NCBI GenBank assembly: GCA_030704615.1 | Contig: CM060731.1 | Location: 15,996,001 to 16,060,000, forward strand | Length of the DNA: 64,000 bases | Direction: 5' to 3' | Source of the DNA: Takakia lepidozioides | Taxonomy: Eukaryota > Plantae > Bryophyta | Shown here: positions 51,609 to 64,000 of the stretch, in pieces | Layout of the letters: every line of letters starts with the position of its first letter | Numbering within the stretch: the stretch's first letter is position 1 | The notes under the pieces: model-generated | What the model saw: only the letters and a program-made list of their open reading frames with translations | Databases searched by the model: none | Told to the model about the DNA's origin: nothing | Made by a program: the position numbers and the translations under genes

Positions 51609-52810
51609 TAGCCTTAGGGCCCTGCCCCACCTGCAGTTAGACACCCAATAGTTAGTGTTTTTCACTACAATGCACCGCTACATATTGAAGAGCCCATGAA
51701 TTGTATTTTTTTTTCCAGACACATTCGCTCACTGATGCTTGAAGCAGGATGATCTCAGGATGATCCTCTCCCATGTGGAGAGGAGCCTGCTGCTGCAACC
51801 GGTGCATGCATCGGGGTTACAAAGAGACGGACCAAAAACATATCTTTCTGCCTCTTTCTCACTCACCGATGGGATGGCAGCATCTTCCCGCGTTCCTTCA
51901 GGGATGCCAATCAAATTAGGTGATAATAACACGAAACACTTCGCGGTTTCCATTTTCGGGGTCGCTATGTTGTATGTATGCGCTGTCGGATCCAGGCTCG
52001 GAATCGTCTTTCGCGCAATTTAGCACAAAGGAATGTACTCTGGGCAAAGAAGCAAGAAAACGGACGGGATCGCTAGACAAGTATTCTGGCGCGTACGTGA
52101 ACGATGGACATGGAACAGCGCTGGCAGAAGTTGTTAAACATCTTTCACACTGTTGGGACAGTAGCCTTGACATGGTGAGCATTCTTCATGTTGGATGAGG
52201 GAGTGTGACTGAACTTAGGTATGATTGTATTTCACCATCGCAGCCCGATACACACACAATCTTTCACCTATTTGCATTGCAGCAAACCGTGATTGTAACT
52301 AAACACGAGTCACTGTGACGACGATACATGCAAGTGTAGTATCACTGTACAAGGAACATTTCTCGAGTCAGACGTGATATTCACAGGCAATCAAGCAAAG
52401 TAGTTGACATACTTACCACAAATTTGGTGCAAATTAGCAATGCAGTACGTCCTTGTGATGCACATCTGATCACTCACTCCATGAGCTACTGACTGTTGGT
52501 CAAAGCTTTGGCGTTTGGATTTCGATTTCTAACAAAAACCATGAAATTCTATCTGTCTGTAGTAAGCAAATTTCATTGTTTTGGGAAGGTGTCTGGATCC
52601 ATGTGTGCGTACAATAAATGGTTTCAAGTTTCAACCACATTAGGATTATCTTTGATCTATTGTCAATTCAATCACACCGAAGTGTTTGACAATGGTTCTT
52701 TGCAGTTGGAGACCTTAAGGGGGGTAGTTGTTTCCAAACAGAATAAATGGGATTCCTTTCAGTTTTTCTTGCCATTGTAGATGGTGGCTGAAGTACTATC
52801 ACTTGCAAGT

Positions 52811-53450
52811 GGCTGAAGCACCTTTGAGTGCCCAAGGCACTCAAGGAGGCGGAGGCGCTCACTAGGTGGAGCCCCGCACACCGGGTTGCGGTGGGGGTGG
52901 CTCCACAAGGGGGTGGTGTTAGCTTAGCGGGACTTAGTGGGGGTGGCATAAGACTCACCATGGGGGCGGAGACCTCGTGGTGGGAGTCGTGGGGAGTCTT
53001 GGGACTCATCACGGTCCATAGGGGCCATGGTGAGTGGGCCAAGACTCACCGCGACTCATCACCGGGAGTCGAGGGTTTTCGTGGTGGTTCGCCATAAAAT
53101 GGCATGGCTGGTTGTGAAACCCCCGCGGACAGCTACAGAAGTATATATAGGGAGTAGTAACCCCGAGAACGGTGCAAGCCCGTTGGTGACCAAAAACTAG
53201 TGAGTAAGCGAGCGAGCCGGAAAGCGACCAAAGAGTGGGGAGCTGTTCCGGACTGCCAACTACCAAAGGGAATTCCCGCTGGTTCCAAATCGGTGGAGGG
53301 TTCTTTGGGAGAACAAAGGGGGACTGTTATGCCCCGGTGAGCAGCCGAAGCTCCAAGTTGGCCCGGTGGCCAGGTTGGGAGTCAGGAGCGCGCATCAAAG
53401 CGAGTAACTATGACCTGAGGGGGGAGCTTACCGAAGTGAGGTGCGCGACA
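52811..53450. mobile_element. Solo LTR (main part) inserted in the Helitron helicase
   Basis: Same family as 21744-22430; ends GCGACA followed by TAATG (reverse complement of CATTA). Confidence 0.85.
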
Positions 53451-56400
53451 TAATGGATGACGGATGTCTATTGCCTTGAATGTAAAAAATTGTCCTTCTG
53501 TTCGATTAAAAATGTCTTCATTGTGTGCTTGAGTACGCGCGTTAATAGATGGGGTAATGTTAGATCCGGTGGCGGTGGTCTGTAACATACACTATTCATG
53601 TTTTTAACATCATCAGCGGAATGTGATGTCGTTCGAAACCGATTTAAGATTTCAATAAATGTTTGATCACTTTGTCTCATGACTTGTGTTAGTGTGTAGC
53701 ATTTTATTTTATCATGCCAAAAATGAACATCACATATATTTGTTTGATTTTTTTTTTTTTTTGAATATCCAAGTATCTCTAACAGGTGGGACTTGATAAA
53801 AATCACCGGTGACAATGACATCTAAATCTCCAAAAGGTTTGTTGTGTATGTGTTTCATCGAACGCAATCTTTTGTCTATGAATGAAAACATTCGGCTACC
53901 TACAAGAGATATTTCATCTATAATTACGAGTTGTAGTTGATCGTATTGTTTAATTAATGTGTCACATTTGTCATCAGTAAGTGATGTCAAGTTCTTGTGA
54001 TTCAAAGGTATACATAGGCTTGAATGGATTGTGTTTCCTTCAATGTTAAATGCTGCTTTTCCTATATATGTCATTTTCATTACTTTTTGTTTTAAAGGAT
54101 CTGCGTTTGGGTTGGTGTTGTAATATCGTAGCAAGCCCTATATGATGGTTAAAAATTGAAAGTTTTATCTATCCCAGCTCCGCCTGTAATGAAAAGATGC
54201 AATGGCTCTTTGGGGTTTTTATGGTTTTTATACATACAATCGTCGAATATCGTTCGTTGTTCTGGATTTAGTTTTCTTATTTGCTCGTAATATACATCAC
54301 AATTGAAACTTTGATCTGTTACGGGTATGAAATCCGATCTTATCTTGGTGGAAGGTTGAATTGGATATATGTCACATTCTAGTGATATATTAAATTTTTC
54401 GATATTCGTGCAATTAATTAATGGGTTTTCGGTTTCAATCCACATGTCAACGGTTTCATCTGTTGCAAACTCTTTGGCCTTTTTTTTCTAAGGTGTGCCA
54501 ATCCATGTTATTTGTGTCGTTGTTCGGTAGTTTGTACACAAAATTTTCCCTCATGCATTCAATCTTCGATTTGTTCATCGTAAAAGCGTCGTGCCATGTA
54601 GTTTGACCATCCATTAAACTGGATTCTGATTCTCGGAACGGGCAAAATAATTATTATTATTCTCGATAGTAGTTTTCGGGATCTTGATGAATGTTATAAT
54701 GTACATACCGGATAATTGTCTCTTTCCGATTTTTTTGAAAACTAAACATGTTGTATTTTGTGATTGTTTCAGCAAGGCCAAGATGTTCGAGTGATTCTGG
54801 ACGACCCATATATTTATCAATGTTCGATTGGCATTTAATGTCTGTGGAGTCTAGAAGAAGATCTTGTAAGTAACGCTGCGGTTTCAGTACAAATGCGCGT
54901 TCTTCGGGCGACGACGTGTTAATGAAAGAGCATGTTCTCGATGAATGATGTAGCGATATTGAAAGAATAAAATACACGGCTAATTGTTGAGCGTTCAAGA
55001 AAGCATTGCCCATTTCCTTTATACGTTTTGTGGCTTCGGTTTGTTCTTGTTTGCATGTTGCGAGAATGTTTTGTAGTTCCTTTGTGATGGTTTTATCGAC
55101 TTTTGTGAGATATGAGGTATAGTATGTGGCAGTTGCGTAGGGATCTAAGATGAATTGTACGTCTGTATTTGCTTGCCACAAAGGACCGGCAATTTTGCCA
55201 AATGCGTTGGTACGTATGTCTTTTGGTTTGCGTTCCAAAAATACAGCAGGCTTCGTAAGTCTGCTTCTTAGTGCAGCTATGTATTTATCTTCGTCCATTT
55301 GTAATTGTGACAAATAATTTTCGAGCGAAATATCTTTTCCAAGTCCCATTTTGTGTAATTCATCAAAAATATGCGATGCAACGTTTTGTAGTTCGTTTGT
55401 GTCATCACTCAGTTCCAATAACAAGTCAAATTTCTCGTTTGTTTCATTGGGGGGCAACGGAAAATGAAATCGACATAGAGGCTTGTTGTGTTTGCGACAT
55501 GTACGCCTATGATGATGAAGCTGCACTTCGCAAATGTCTTTTGGAAGCAGTTCGCTATCGCAAGTAACGTATTTGTCGATGAATGATTCTATTTCAGAGT
55601 CTTGCGCCACTCCATAGGTGGGTGCATTTGAAATCCATAATAGTCCGTGATCGTGTTCACTCCCATGACTTTGAAATTCAGTCGTGAAAAAATAATCGTG
55701 TACGGGTCCAAACAAACTACTATCCTTCATGAAAAGTTTTCGAAATGAGTTCATTTGGTGGTCGTAATATCTAGCACATGTAATTGGATCAGATCTTATA
55801 AGTTCGGTAATGTCCCTTGGTTTTAACTTGTCAATAAATACATCGTCGTTTGGTTTATGGCTGAGTTCACAGAGACTATTTAGCAATGGTTTCCATTTAC
55901 TTTTGGCACTTGTGAATGTTACAAAAAAGGTTGGTGGACCCAGTTGACGTATCATAGCAAACACTTCCTTACATAATCGTTCTAAATGATCCGGCGATGT
56001 TATGATGCGTTCCAATTCTCTATAGCCTAAATCAGACCGAAGAATGTTGTCTAAATTCGGTTTGATGGCTACGTCGGCTGCTTTTAATGTACGTCCTTGC
56101 AGATTTCCCTTCCTAATGCGTATCCAAGATGAAGATAAAACATAATTTATGAGTATCTTGATTGCTTTAAAAAATATGTTTGGAATATGGGAAGCAAAAT
56201 CATGATTTTTATGTAATAATTCCCACTTCGCTATTTTATGATATGTTTGTTTTATATTTGACGGTCTCGCAGTTCCAAAAAATAGTTTTGGAAAATTGTA
56301 TTCTTCACAGTAACGATCGTAGAATAAACCAATTGGTTTATAGTCTTCACTAGGAGCAACATATATAATGTTTGCTATCTTGTTATCATTAATTTGTTCG

Positions 56401-56511
56401 ACGTTCACAAAAACTTTCAACAAGCGTGTCGGTTGGTATATTGTCTTCAATTTCTTCAAAATTAGTTGCTGTAGTGTTTGTTGTTGTTATGTCGTTGTTT
56501 ACATGAGTTGC
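53451..56511 (-). mobile_element. Helitron Rep/helicase (frameshifted pseudogene), 5' end missing
   Basis: HUH-Y2 Rep motifs GPPTFFVTFTS, EFQSHGSEHDHGLLW and YYTSYLTK; PIF1 motifs LFITGGAG..KT, AAFNIEGNTIHS, IIDEISLV, PFG....VTGDFYQVPPV and LTQVMRQSD..F. Confidence 0.92.
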
Positions 56512-56513
56512 TA

Positions 56514-59500
56514 TAGGGTAGAACACCCTATGACCAACCAAATAAGGAGAAATTACACTCTACAGATCAGACAATTAAATGAAATTCATCCATTCTTCAT
56601 CCATTGGAAAGCTTATGGGGTAGGCTACCACATGGGGGGGGGGGGGGGGGGGGGGGGAACAAAAAAAAAAAAAAAAAAAAAACTAGTTTTGGCCCAGAAT
56701 TAATACATGTACGAAGACTTAAAGTATAAGGGGTCCATGAGGTGCAATAATAGGCACTTGGCCTTTCCATGGCCATTGCCATTGATCTCTATTAAACATT
56801 ATTAATGATATCTATGACCATTATCAACCCATTGGTTTAATGCGATAGTAAAAGCCTATTAGTTTCATAAAACGAGTCAATCACCATAGTTACGGTATCC
56901 TATGACCAATCATCCTTCCTGCATCGATTTGTGAACATGACCGATCTAATGCCTTAGAGTTTGATGGATTTATGCCTGTGGGTGGTTGCGCACAGGTGGT
57001 TACGATCTCGGATATAGAAGTTCTTCTATCTTGCTACGGCTGTCTTCTCGTGGTTTCTGGCTTATGCGCAGGGTTCGAATCATGGAGGAGAGGCTTTGTG
57101 TGGGAAGGCCATCGCTTAGAGATAGAGAAGGTGAAGATCCTTGCCGCGATACGTTTCTTATCTGCTCATGTTTATCTTGCATTTGCTCGTTATCCCCGCT
57201 TGGTTCTTCCCCATTTTCTTCTTTGGGCATGATGTGCAGGTTTGAGAAGACTTCTATAGAGCTTGAAAGTTATTAGGAACTCGTGCAACGCGATGCAATG
57301 TAGTGTCGATTTTCTGCCAGAGGTATTTTACTACGAACCATGTTTCATCTTTTTTTTTTTTTTTTTTTTTTTTTGTCTTACATTGGCTTACCTCTTTCAT
57401 GCTTGTTATTTGTTTGTCTGTGGAAATGCAACATAACTAAGACCTTGAAAAAATGAAAGCTATTTGAGGGCTATAAACAGCTTCCATCTTAGGATGCTTC
57501 ATACAACAACCCTGATATGAATCTGAGAATGAATAGGTACATTCTACTGCCCCATATCATCGCGGAACGATCTTTTTCATTTTACTTATAGAGACTTTGT
57601 TTTCAGATCTGGACAGTCGTGGCTTCCATGGCCACTCCAGAACAATGCCTGCAAAATTATCATATCAAACCAGTGACCTGTAGAATCTTATCCAAAAGCC
57701 AGATTCACCCTAACATATACTTCAGCTTAAGCATTAGAAACCTGAGATAGTGATAATGTCAATAAGTTTTCACATCGACCTAATAGGCTCTGGCCATAAG
57801 CCGAGAAACTGAAAACCACAAAACTGTTCTCATAGAGATCTACTACAGGCTATAAATATTTGATAGCTATTAGTTGAAGTAAAAACCAGCAATGAAAAGT
57901 CCTCAAATATTTCACTAAGCAAAACAAAACACTGTGTCTAATCTAATATGCTATAGACTGAACAAACATGTAATATAACTAGCTACTATCATAATAGACA
58001 ATGAATCACATCTGAAACATGTATATGCAGTGTCACGACAGTAACCTGCCATTGTGTTTGGTCTCTGATGACAGAGTTGGGGCATTGGCAAATTCGTGAT
58101 GGCTGTAAGTGCAGGTCGCATTGGCTCACCTGAATTTCCATTGACTCCCTTGTCTCCTCTCCTTCTTTCCAACACTCTCATTTTTGCTGTTTTTTGAGTA
58201 GGACTTAACATTCCAAGGTTTACACCATGATAGATGTTTGGATTAGCAGTCACCCCACTTCAGATGGCTTGGTGGAAAGCATTGCCCATAGCTCTGATAT
58301 TATGTGCTTGCCAATAAGCATCAAACGCTGCTCTTTGGTGTTTCTCTATGGCTTTCTCACTTGCTTTCTCGGCTACAGAACATGTGTCTCTTTGCTTCAG
58401 TCGCACCTTTTTTTCTCTCTCTCGCCGTTTCTTCTCTCTTTCCTTTTCAGTAGCCATTCTCATCAGGGCTTTTTGTTGCGTGATTGTTGTGTACTCTGTA
58501 GAGGTCATGACAATGGAATTGGCATAGTCAACTAATGGCTCTTTTCCTTTTGTAGGCTTGGCTGGAAATCGAGGCAATGCAAAGAAGGACTGGCTTGACT
58601 GGTAAGTATCTTGTGTGCACTGCACATCTATTTTTGAACTCTGTCCATTATCAAAAACCTGATTTGTGGCTCCTTGCAAATTGACAGCAATGTTAGATCC
58701 CACAAAAAAATGTTGCATTTGGTTTTCTTCCATGTAAATAGCATCATTGGTTGGCTAGGATTGTTCACTTGCTATGTCAATGAGTGAAGTGCTCTCACCA
58801 AGAGGTAGAGAAAGCCGCACACTTGTGTTTGTGTCCTTGTTGCTCCTCGATGCTTGATATTCATTCGTATCAAGTGGACTGTTTTCGATCATGGATAATA
58901 GTGCAGCTGCTCCAGTAGTAGTATTTGCTTCCACCTCGACCTCTGCTTCATCATTCTCGCTCTCTGACCCTGTTTTAGGTTCCTCTCTTTCAGCATCAAA
59001 TTGTTCAGAAGGTCCAACTTTACTCTCCATTGCATGAGGATTGAAAGGCCAAATTCCGGTGGTGCGAAAACCAGCCCGAATATTTTGAGGTAATAGAGCC
59101 TCCTTAACAGCTTGGTCAACCCATGATGCCAATGTCTTTTTGTCGGGTTCCACAAAGTTTCTTTTCAGCATTTCAGAGTCACAAATGCTTCGAAATTTAG
59201 TTTTGAAGGGCTTAAAGCAAGCCACATCGAGGGGGCTGTAGAGTATGTGAGATATGGGCTGGAAGTGTCATGTCCAGCCCAATCTCCATAGCATACTGAA
59301 TTGCTTCAATTGTGACGTGGCTACCATGTCCATCCAATATTAGCAAGTGTCGATTTTCTGTCGAAATCCCACCTGGAACATTCTTTTGGAAAAAAAAACA
59401 GCCACTGTTTAAACAACTTGGCCGTCATCCATGCCTTTTCTTGCATTGCCATGCAAACCCCTGTCTCACAGTCTTGAATGTAATCCTCCATGATTCGTTT

Positions 59501-61409
59501 GCCTCTGAAAATGAAGTAGTTAGGGATCCTCCCTCCTTCAGCATTTACACATGCATTTACAGTCAACCATTCCCTAGACTTGGGTATGGTGCTGTAGACG
59601 TAATGTGAACCTTTCTTGGCAATGACCTTTGCTCTAGAAGTTCGCCCAGCTTGACACCCTATTTCATCGCTATTCCAAATGTGTGTGGAAGGATAGTGAT
59701 GCTTCGCATACAACATTTTCAAATTGTTGTAAAAGGTTTCACAATGTTTGGAAGTAAGTGCTTTAGCCCTTGCCACTTCCAGCCCTTCAGCCACTCTGAT
59801 CGCAAGTTGTGGATGTCTCTTCTAAACCACTTCAACCATGAGTGACCTGGAATGTCGTTTGTGAAAGGGGTGGCTCTGATTTGAGTTAACTCAGCCACTT
59901 TCAGCTTCAATTGATGGACTGTAACTGAATGACCAATATCTTGCATGCGTAAAATCCAGTCTACCATTTGGTCTTCCTCTTCCACTGAGAAAACACCCTT
60001 AACACCTACTTTTCTTTGCTTTGTTTTCCCATTGAGGTGATCTTGCAAGGAAGTATAAGGAATGTTTCAATGTTGACTTGCTTGTCTGATGCTCATGGTA
60101 CTTCTTTCCACGACATCCATTACTTCTTCCAACGCATCATCACTCCACAACCCGCTTTTTATCTTGTCTTTCCCTCGTCTTTTCTCGCTTTCTTGCTGAC
60201 CCGGGGTTGTGGATGGTGGAGTTGGTGTTGCACAAAGGGGTTCAATAGAGGCTGGAGCTGGAGCTGCCACTGATTTTGACCAGTCTGCTTTCTTTCCTCT
60301 TTTGTTGGTTTGAGCAGAAGCATTGCAAGCAGTGGATTCTGATGTATGACCACCTTTGACAAGCTTCTTCTTCTTGGCCACATTTGTAGAGCTAGGAGTA
60401 GAGCTTCTACTAACCATTGCAATGCAATATTGATCCAACTACAAACACATCAATGACTAGCGTCTAGTACTCGGGATGTCAATCAGTTTCACTGGCCACT
60501 CCAATCCACGATCTTTGTACCACTTTGTTAAGTTCAGCCCTTTTGGTTTCTCTCCTATGTAAGGATCCTTCCCCCATGAATGAACAGACCTGTGATGCAC
60601 CCAACTTTCTATAAATTCATACAAGTTTTTGTGATTTTCCTGTGCATGTGTTTGTAGAGTGGCTAACCTTCTATGAATTCATGAAACAGTCTAAATTTAT
60701 CCCAATCTAAGTCTTCTTCTTCCCCATCTTTTTTTTATCCCATTAGGCAACCACCTTTTCACTGACTCTATCCTCTTCCTAGAACGCACTTTCTTCATAG
60801 TGGACGTCCACTTGAAATACTCATAATCTGCAAAATGTTGCCTTGCCAAGATGTCTACAGGGTTTTGTCTTAAAACTCGTCCCTTGTCCCTTGTTCTAGA
60901 ACTTGTCCCTTCCATGAACAAAAAATTGTATGTGTGGTTTGAAGAAAAAGATTCTCTGTCCACATTTGGAGGATAAGGCTTTGCTAAAAGAGAATATGAG
61001 GAGCATTAGAACAACTAAGTCAGCAGTACAAGTAAGGATATAAGAGAAGAACCCATCATGCAAGCATAAGAGAGCTGAAGTTTCGAACTACTCTGCAAAT
61101 GCTTGTTGCCGCCAACAATCAGAAAGGTTCAAAACACATATTCAAATTGCAAAGCGCTCTCACCCAAAGTCGAAATACGATAAAAACCCAAAGTTGTCAA
61201 GACCACATTCATCCATAGTCATTTCATCTGTGCATGACCATGCAGGTGGGGTCCGTAAGACAATCAATAGTGCGCCTATTACCATACAATGCATCGTTCA
61301 GCAAATATAACCTATTATAGGTCCACCCATGCCCAGTATTCACCCCATAGGTTGCCTGTCAGACTGACCAGTAATGGGGTGGTGGTTGGTGATAGGGTGT
61401 TCTACCCTA
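56514..61409 (-). mobile_element. pogo/Fot1-like (Tc1-mariner superfamily) DNA transposon, ~4.9 kb
   Basis: 27-bp TIRs tagggtagaacaccctat(g/c)accaacca (56514-56540; 61383-61409) with TA adjacent at both ends; internal transposase. Confidence 0.85.
58260..60438 (-). pseudogene. pogo-type DDE transposase (HTH_psq, CENP-B-type HTH, DDE), multiple frameshifts
   Basis: WSDDALEE..D.V....MSIRQAS, FSVEEE..MVDWI..MQ.IG, PG.SWLKWFRR, IWNSDEIG, AWMT..LF..WL, LDVACFKPFK and GF..TGIWPFNP. Confidence 0.88.
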
Positions 61410-63909
61410 GTAGAAATGTCTTCCATTTGTTCTGGCAGGTTAGGGAAAGAATTCCAGAGGGCGCATTTTCTCGGCTGCCAGCCCAGTCCTCTTCGCAAAT
61501 AGCTACACTCATCACACAACCACACATCCTGTCAGCTTGCCTTTCCCCAATGGAGAGTGTTCGGGGAGAGTGGATTTTCACGGCTACCTTTGGGTTTTAC
61601 TTCTTTGGAACTTGGTCGATATTGGGCCCAGGCTTATTTGAACCACCAAAGGATTCCAGGTTTTCCATCGCAGTAGCCCTGTGTGGTTACTAGGCTGTGC
61701 AGTAGGATCTACGTGCAGATGGTCCAAGCTTGATTGACAAACTGGAGTGCTTAAAGCATTCAATTCCATGAGGGACAAGAACATGCCTCGACACATCTGG
61801 ACATGCTTCTAGATTTGGCATGGGATGGTTAAGGTATAAAGAGCTTAGCCTGCATGTAAGTGAGTTGAGTGGGCAGATATCAACCACCCTTTTCTTGCCC
61901 CCAAACGGGGTCAATTGAAAGAACTAAAAACAGTTACAGTCTACACCCACAAGCCTAAAAGAATAAGTTTTCCATCTACTGATAACTGTGAGTGATGGCA
62001 ACAAGGCCAAAGACGTGGTGATAGAAGGCATGGTTGCAACAATGCCAACACTTGCATAGATGATGGGGATCAAAGTTGGAGGTTTGCTCTTTTGCAGCCA
62101 CATCAGTGAACCCAGTGCAGCAAGCGATACTGTCAGTACCTATGATCAGACCAAGATGGAATCCGGTCAATGTAAAAACAACTTCATCGCAAATGAGAAC
62201 TAGAAAAATTTATCACCAAAGCTTCACCACTGATCCATCAGCGTTAGAAAGATGTATTGATCAGATTTTGACTATTACATATCTGTGGAGGTACAATCAT
62301 ATGGGATTTAATTCCACCAAGGTGTGAGACCCAGCTCAAAGGGTAAAGCCAATGAAGAACAAATTACACGGTCATCGGAGGGAGGGAGAGCGAGATGATG
62401 AACATGCATCTAGTTGGACACTCAGAATAACAGGGAATAACAATACAAAGAGATGCAAGGTGCGCAATATGGGGCCCGGTACAGCTTGGAAGCACCAGTA
62501 GTGGGCCCTAACTTCAATTGTTGGATCTGGCCTTCCAGATTTCCAAGAGAGAGAGAACGTACTCATAAGACATTGTTGCCGTAGCCAAGAGAGGGAGAGA
62601 GGAGGCAAAAAAAGGACCACCTAGGTCTATAGGACAAAAATTAAATTCTCAAATAAGATTTTGAAAGCCAACAAAAGTGTAGAATGGCAAGTTGCCGCCT
62701 TACATAGCCTGAAGACACAGGAAAACGACAGAGAAAGAGGAGTTTTCTTTTCAGGATGCAGTACTAGGTTAGCATTTGACTCGAGGCCTTGCAAGAGGTA
62801 GTCCCAAGTGAATTCCAAGCCTCTAGCTCCCACCCACAGTGGAGCCAGCCTATGCAACAAAGCATCTGCAAATGCCCACCCTGCAACACACATCCGGGAC
62901 ATGACGTAGAAGCCAACTTGCAAAAAAATTCACACCAATCACGGAAGAGTGCAAAAAGACAGCTATATCTGACAAAGAAGAAATAGATTTATTCTTGGTT
63001 AGGATTGTGTTATGCACCATGCCAACATTATCAAGAGGAAAACTGGAATCATTGGCAACCTACCGACTCCAACTGCTTGGAATTTGTGGTTCTGAGAGAT
63101 ATTGCGGTAGGTTAGCTGTGTGAGTGCAAAGTAAAGCCCCGCCACATCGACAAAACTGATGAGTGCCTTCAACAGCTCCTGGGAAATTCTCCAAAAGTAG
63201 ATAGATGAGGCAGTGATATATTAAGGAAACCTTTTTGTGATCTAAAACTTATTTATCTGTGATGGCAGCCCAAGACTTGTACCACGGCCAAGGGTTCAAC
63301 AGTATATGCTACGACCTGGTTCGATTTGACCCTGTGACTTTAAATCTAAACAATAAGTATTGCATGGATGCCGTTTCCTGAACCCTAAAACTTAATGGAA
63401 ACAACAACTCCTACAATTAACCAGGGAGGTCTCTAGCACACAAGGAGAGGTTGGGTTTTGTGCCCTGAAGTAAATTATTGAAGGGAAAGCATAGCCACCA
63501 CAAAATTCAAATCAGAGAGAGATGCAAATTTACAACAGTAAACATTCAAGTACAGAGAAAATTTCAGTCATTGTGATGGACAGAATTTCTAGGTATTCCC
63601 CATATTGGCTCCTGCAAGAAGTTTGCTCGAAATTTAGAAATGGATAGGTTAAAGCAACTGTGCTTGCTACCAGCCACAAATGTATGTTTAACTCGATCTA
63701 CTATGTATCCCTGGGGACACCTTTAATGTCGACCAGATGCTGCAGAACTCATTTTTTAGTGCATCTAAAGTGCCATGGCAAGATGACAATGTGAGAGGAA
63801 ATACAAGGGGTGACCTCAAATCTGAGTAGGAGTGAAAAGGATAACATACTTGGTATAAATCAAAACTATCATTTTCAGAGACCTGAAGAAATGTCGCCAA
63901 ACACACCAG
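61340..63909 (-). CDS. TMEM147: Transmembrane protein 147 (ER BOS complex subunit), 3' part. Exons 63909-63850, 63178-63064, 62880-62765, 62139-62015, 61502-61340; first exon beyond the window; C-terminus aberrant.
   Basis: LVCLATFL...FD.YQELLKAL..FVDVAGLYFAL, KFQAVG.GWAFAD..LHRLAPLWVGARGLEFTWDY, and LAALGSLMWL...IVATMPSIT.YLRR.LGW. Introns are phase-consistent. Confidence 0.9.
62545..62605 (-). mobile_element. Tiny LINE family-A 3' end in a TMEM147 intron
   Basis: gagagagaacgtactcataagacattgttgccgtagcc matches 2335-2370 and is flanked by ccaagagag on both sides. Confidence 0.7.
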
Positions 63910-64000
63910 CTGCAACCCACAGAAATTTGCAACCTTCAATCCGAGAATGAGGTAATACTGCACATCGATACATAATACTGATTGCGATCATGCCCAATTG

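Larger units (their letters stand above)
47947..52810 (+). mobile_element. PIF/Harbinger element, Myb-only derivative. Left part 47947-50135; right part 51617-52810 is now inverted.
   Basis: Terminal repeat gggccctgccccacctgcagttag.cacccaatagttagtgt at 47947 (after TAA) and at 51617 (after TTA); (c)taacta/tagttag subterminal repeats; internal Myb/SANT ORF. Confidence 0.85.

Noticed and set aside
47947-51660. 40-bp direct repeats suggesting an LTR-like or novel direct-repeat element
   Set aside because: Explained as Harbinger TIRs re-oriented by the inversion.
56634-56682. Long G and A homopolymers as a G-quadruplex or regulatory element
   Set aside because: Inside a TE; lengths may be sequencing artefacts; no further support.

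Overview
Eukaryotic, intron-rich land-plant DNA; gene content and TE types look bryophyte-like, but the species cannot be fixed from sequence alone. Five host genes can be reconstructed exon by exon, all on the minus strand: a PDR/full-size ABCG transporter (5' half), an RlmN-like radical-SAM RNA methyltransferase, a class II HD-ZIP transcription factor, the PSII protein MPH1 and TMEM147 (3' part). The rest is mostly transposon sequence. (i) An ABCG intron holds a >6 kb pile-up of same-orientation, 5'-truncated RTEX-like LINE copies of two tail types, inserted at (GA)n sites and into each other. (ii) 13-25 kb contains Tourist MITEs, tRNA-derived SINEs, a hAT remnant and a Copia element carrying a nested 4-bp-TSD MITE and a nested foreign LTR. 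(iii) A 13.5 kb nest between MPH1 and TMEM147 comprises a Myb-only Harbinger element, an endonuclease-bearing Helitron, a solo LTR and a pogo element. It is scrambled by a 2.7 kb inversion supported by four junction signals, and its pogo end appears to supply the TMEM147 stop codon. No CRISPR array or rRNA gene was seen, and no intact tRNA gene is supported.
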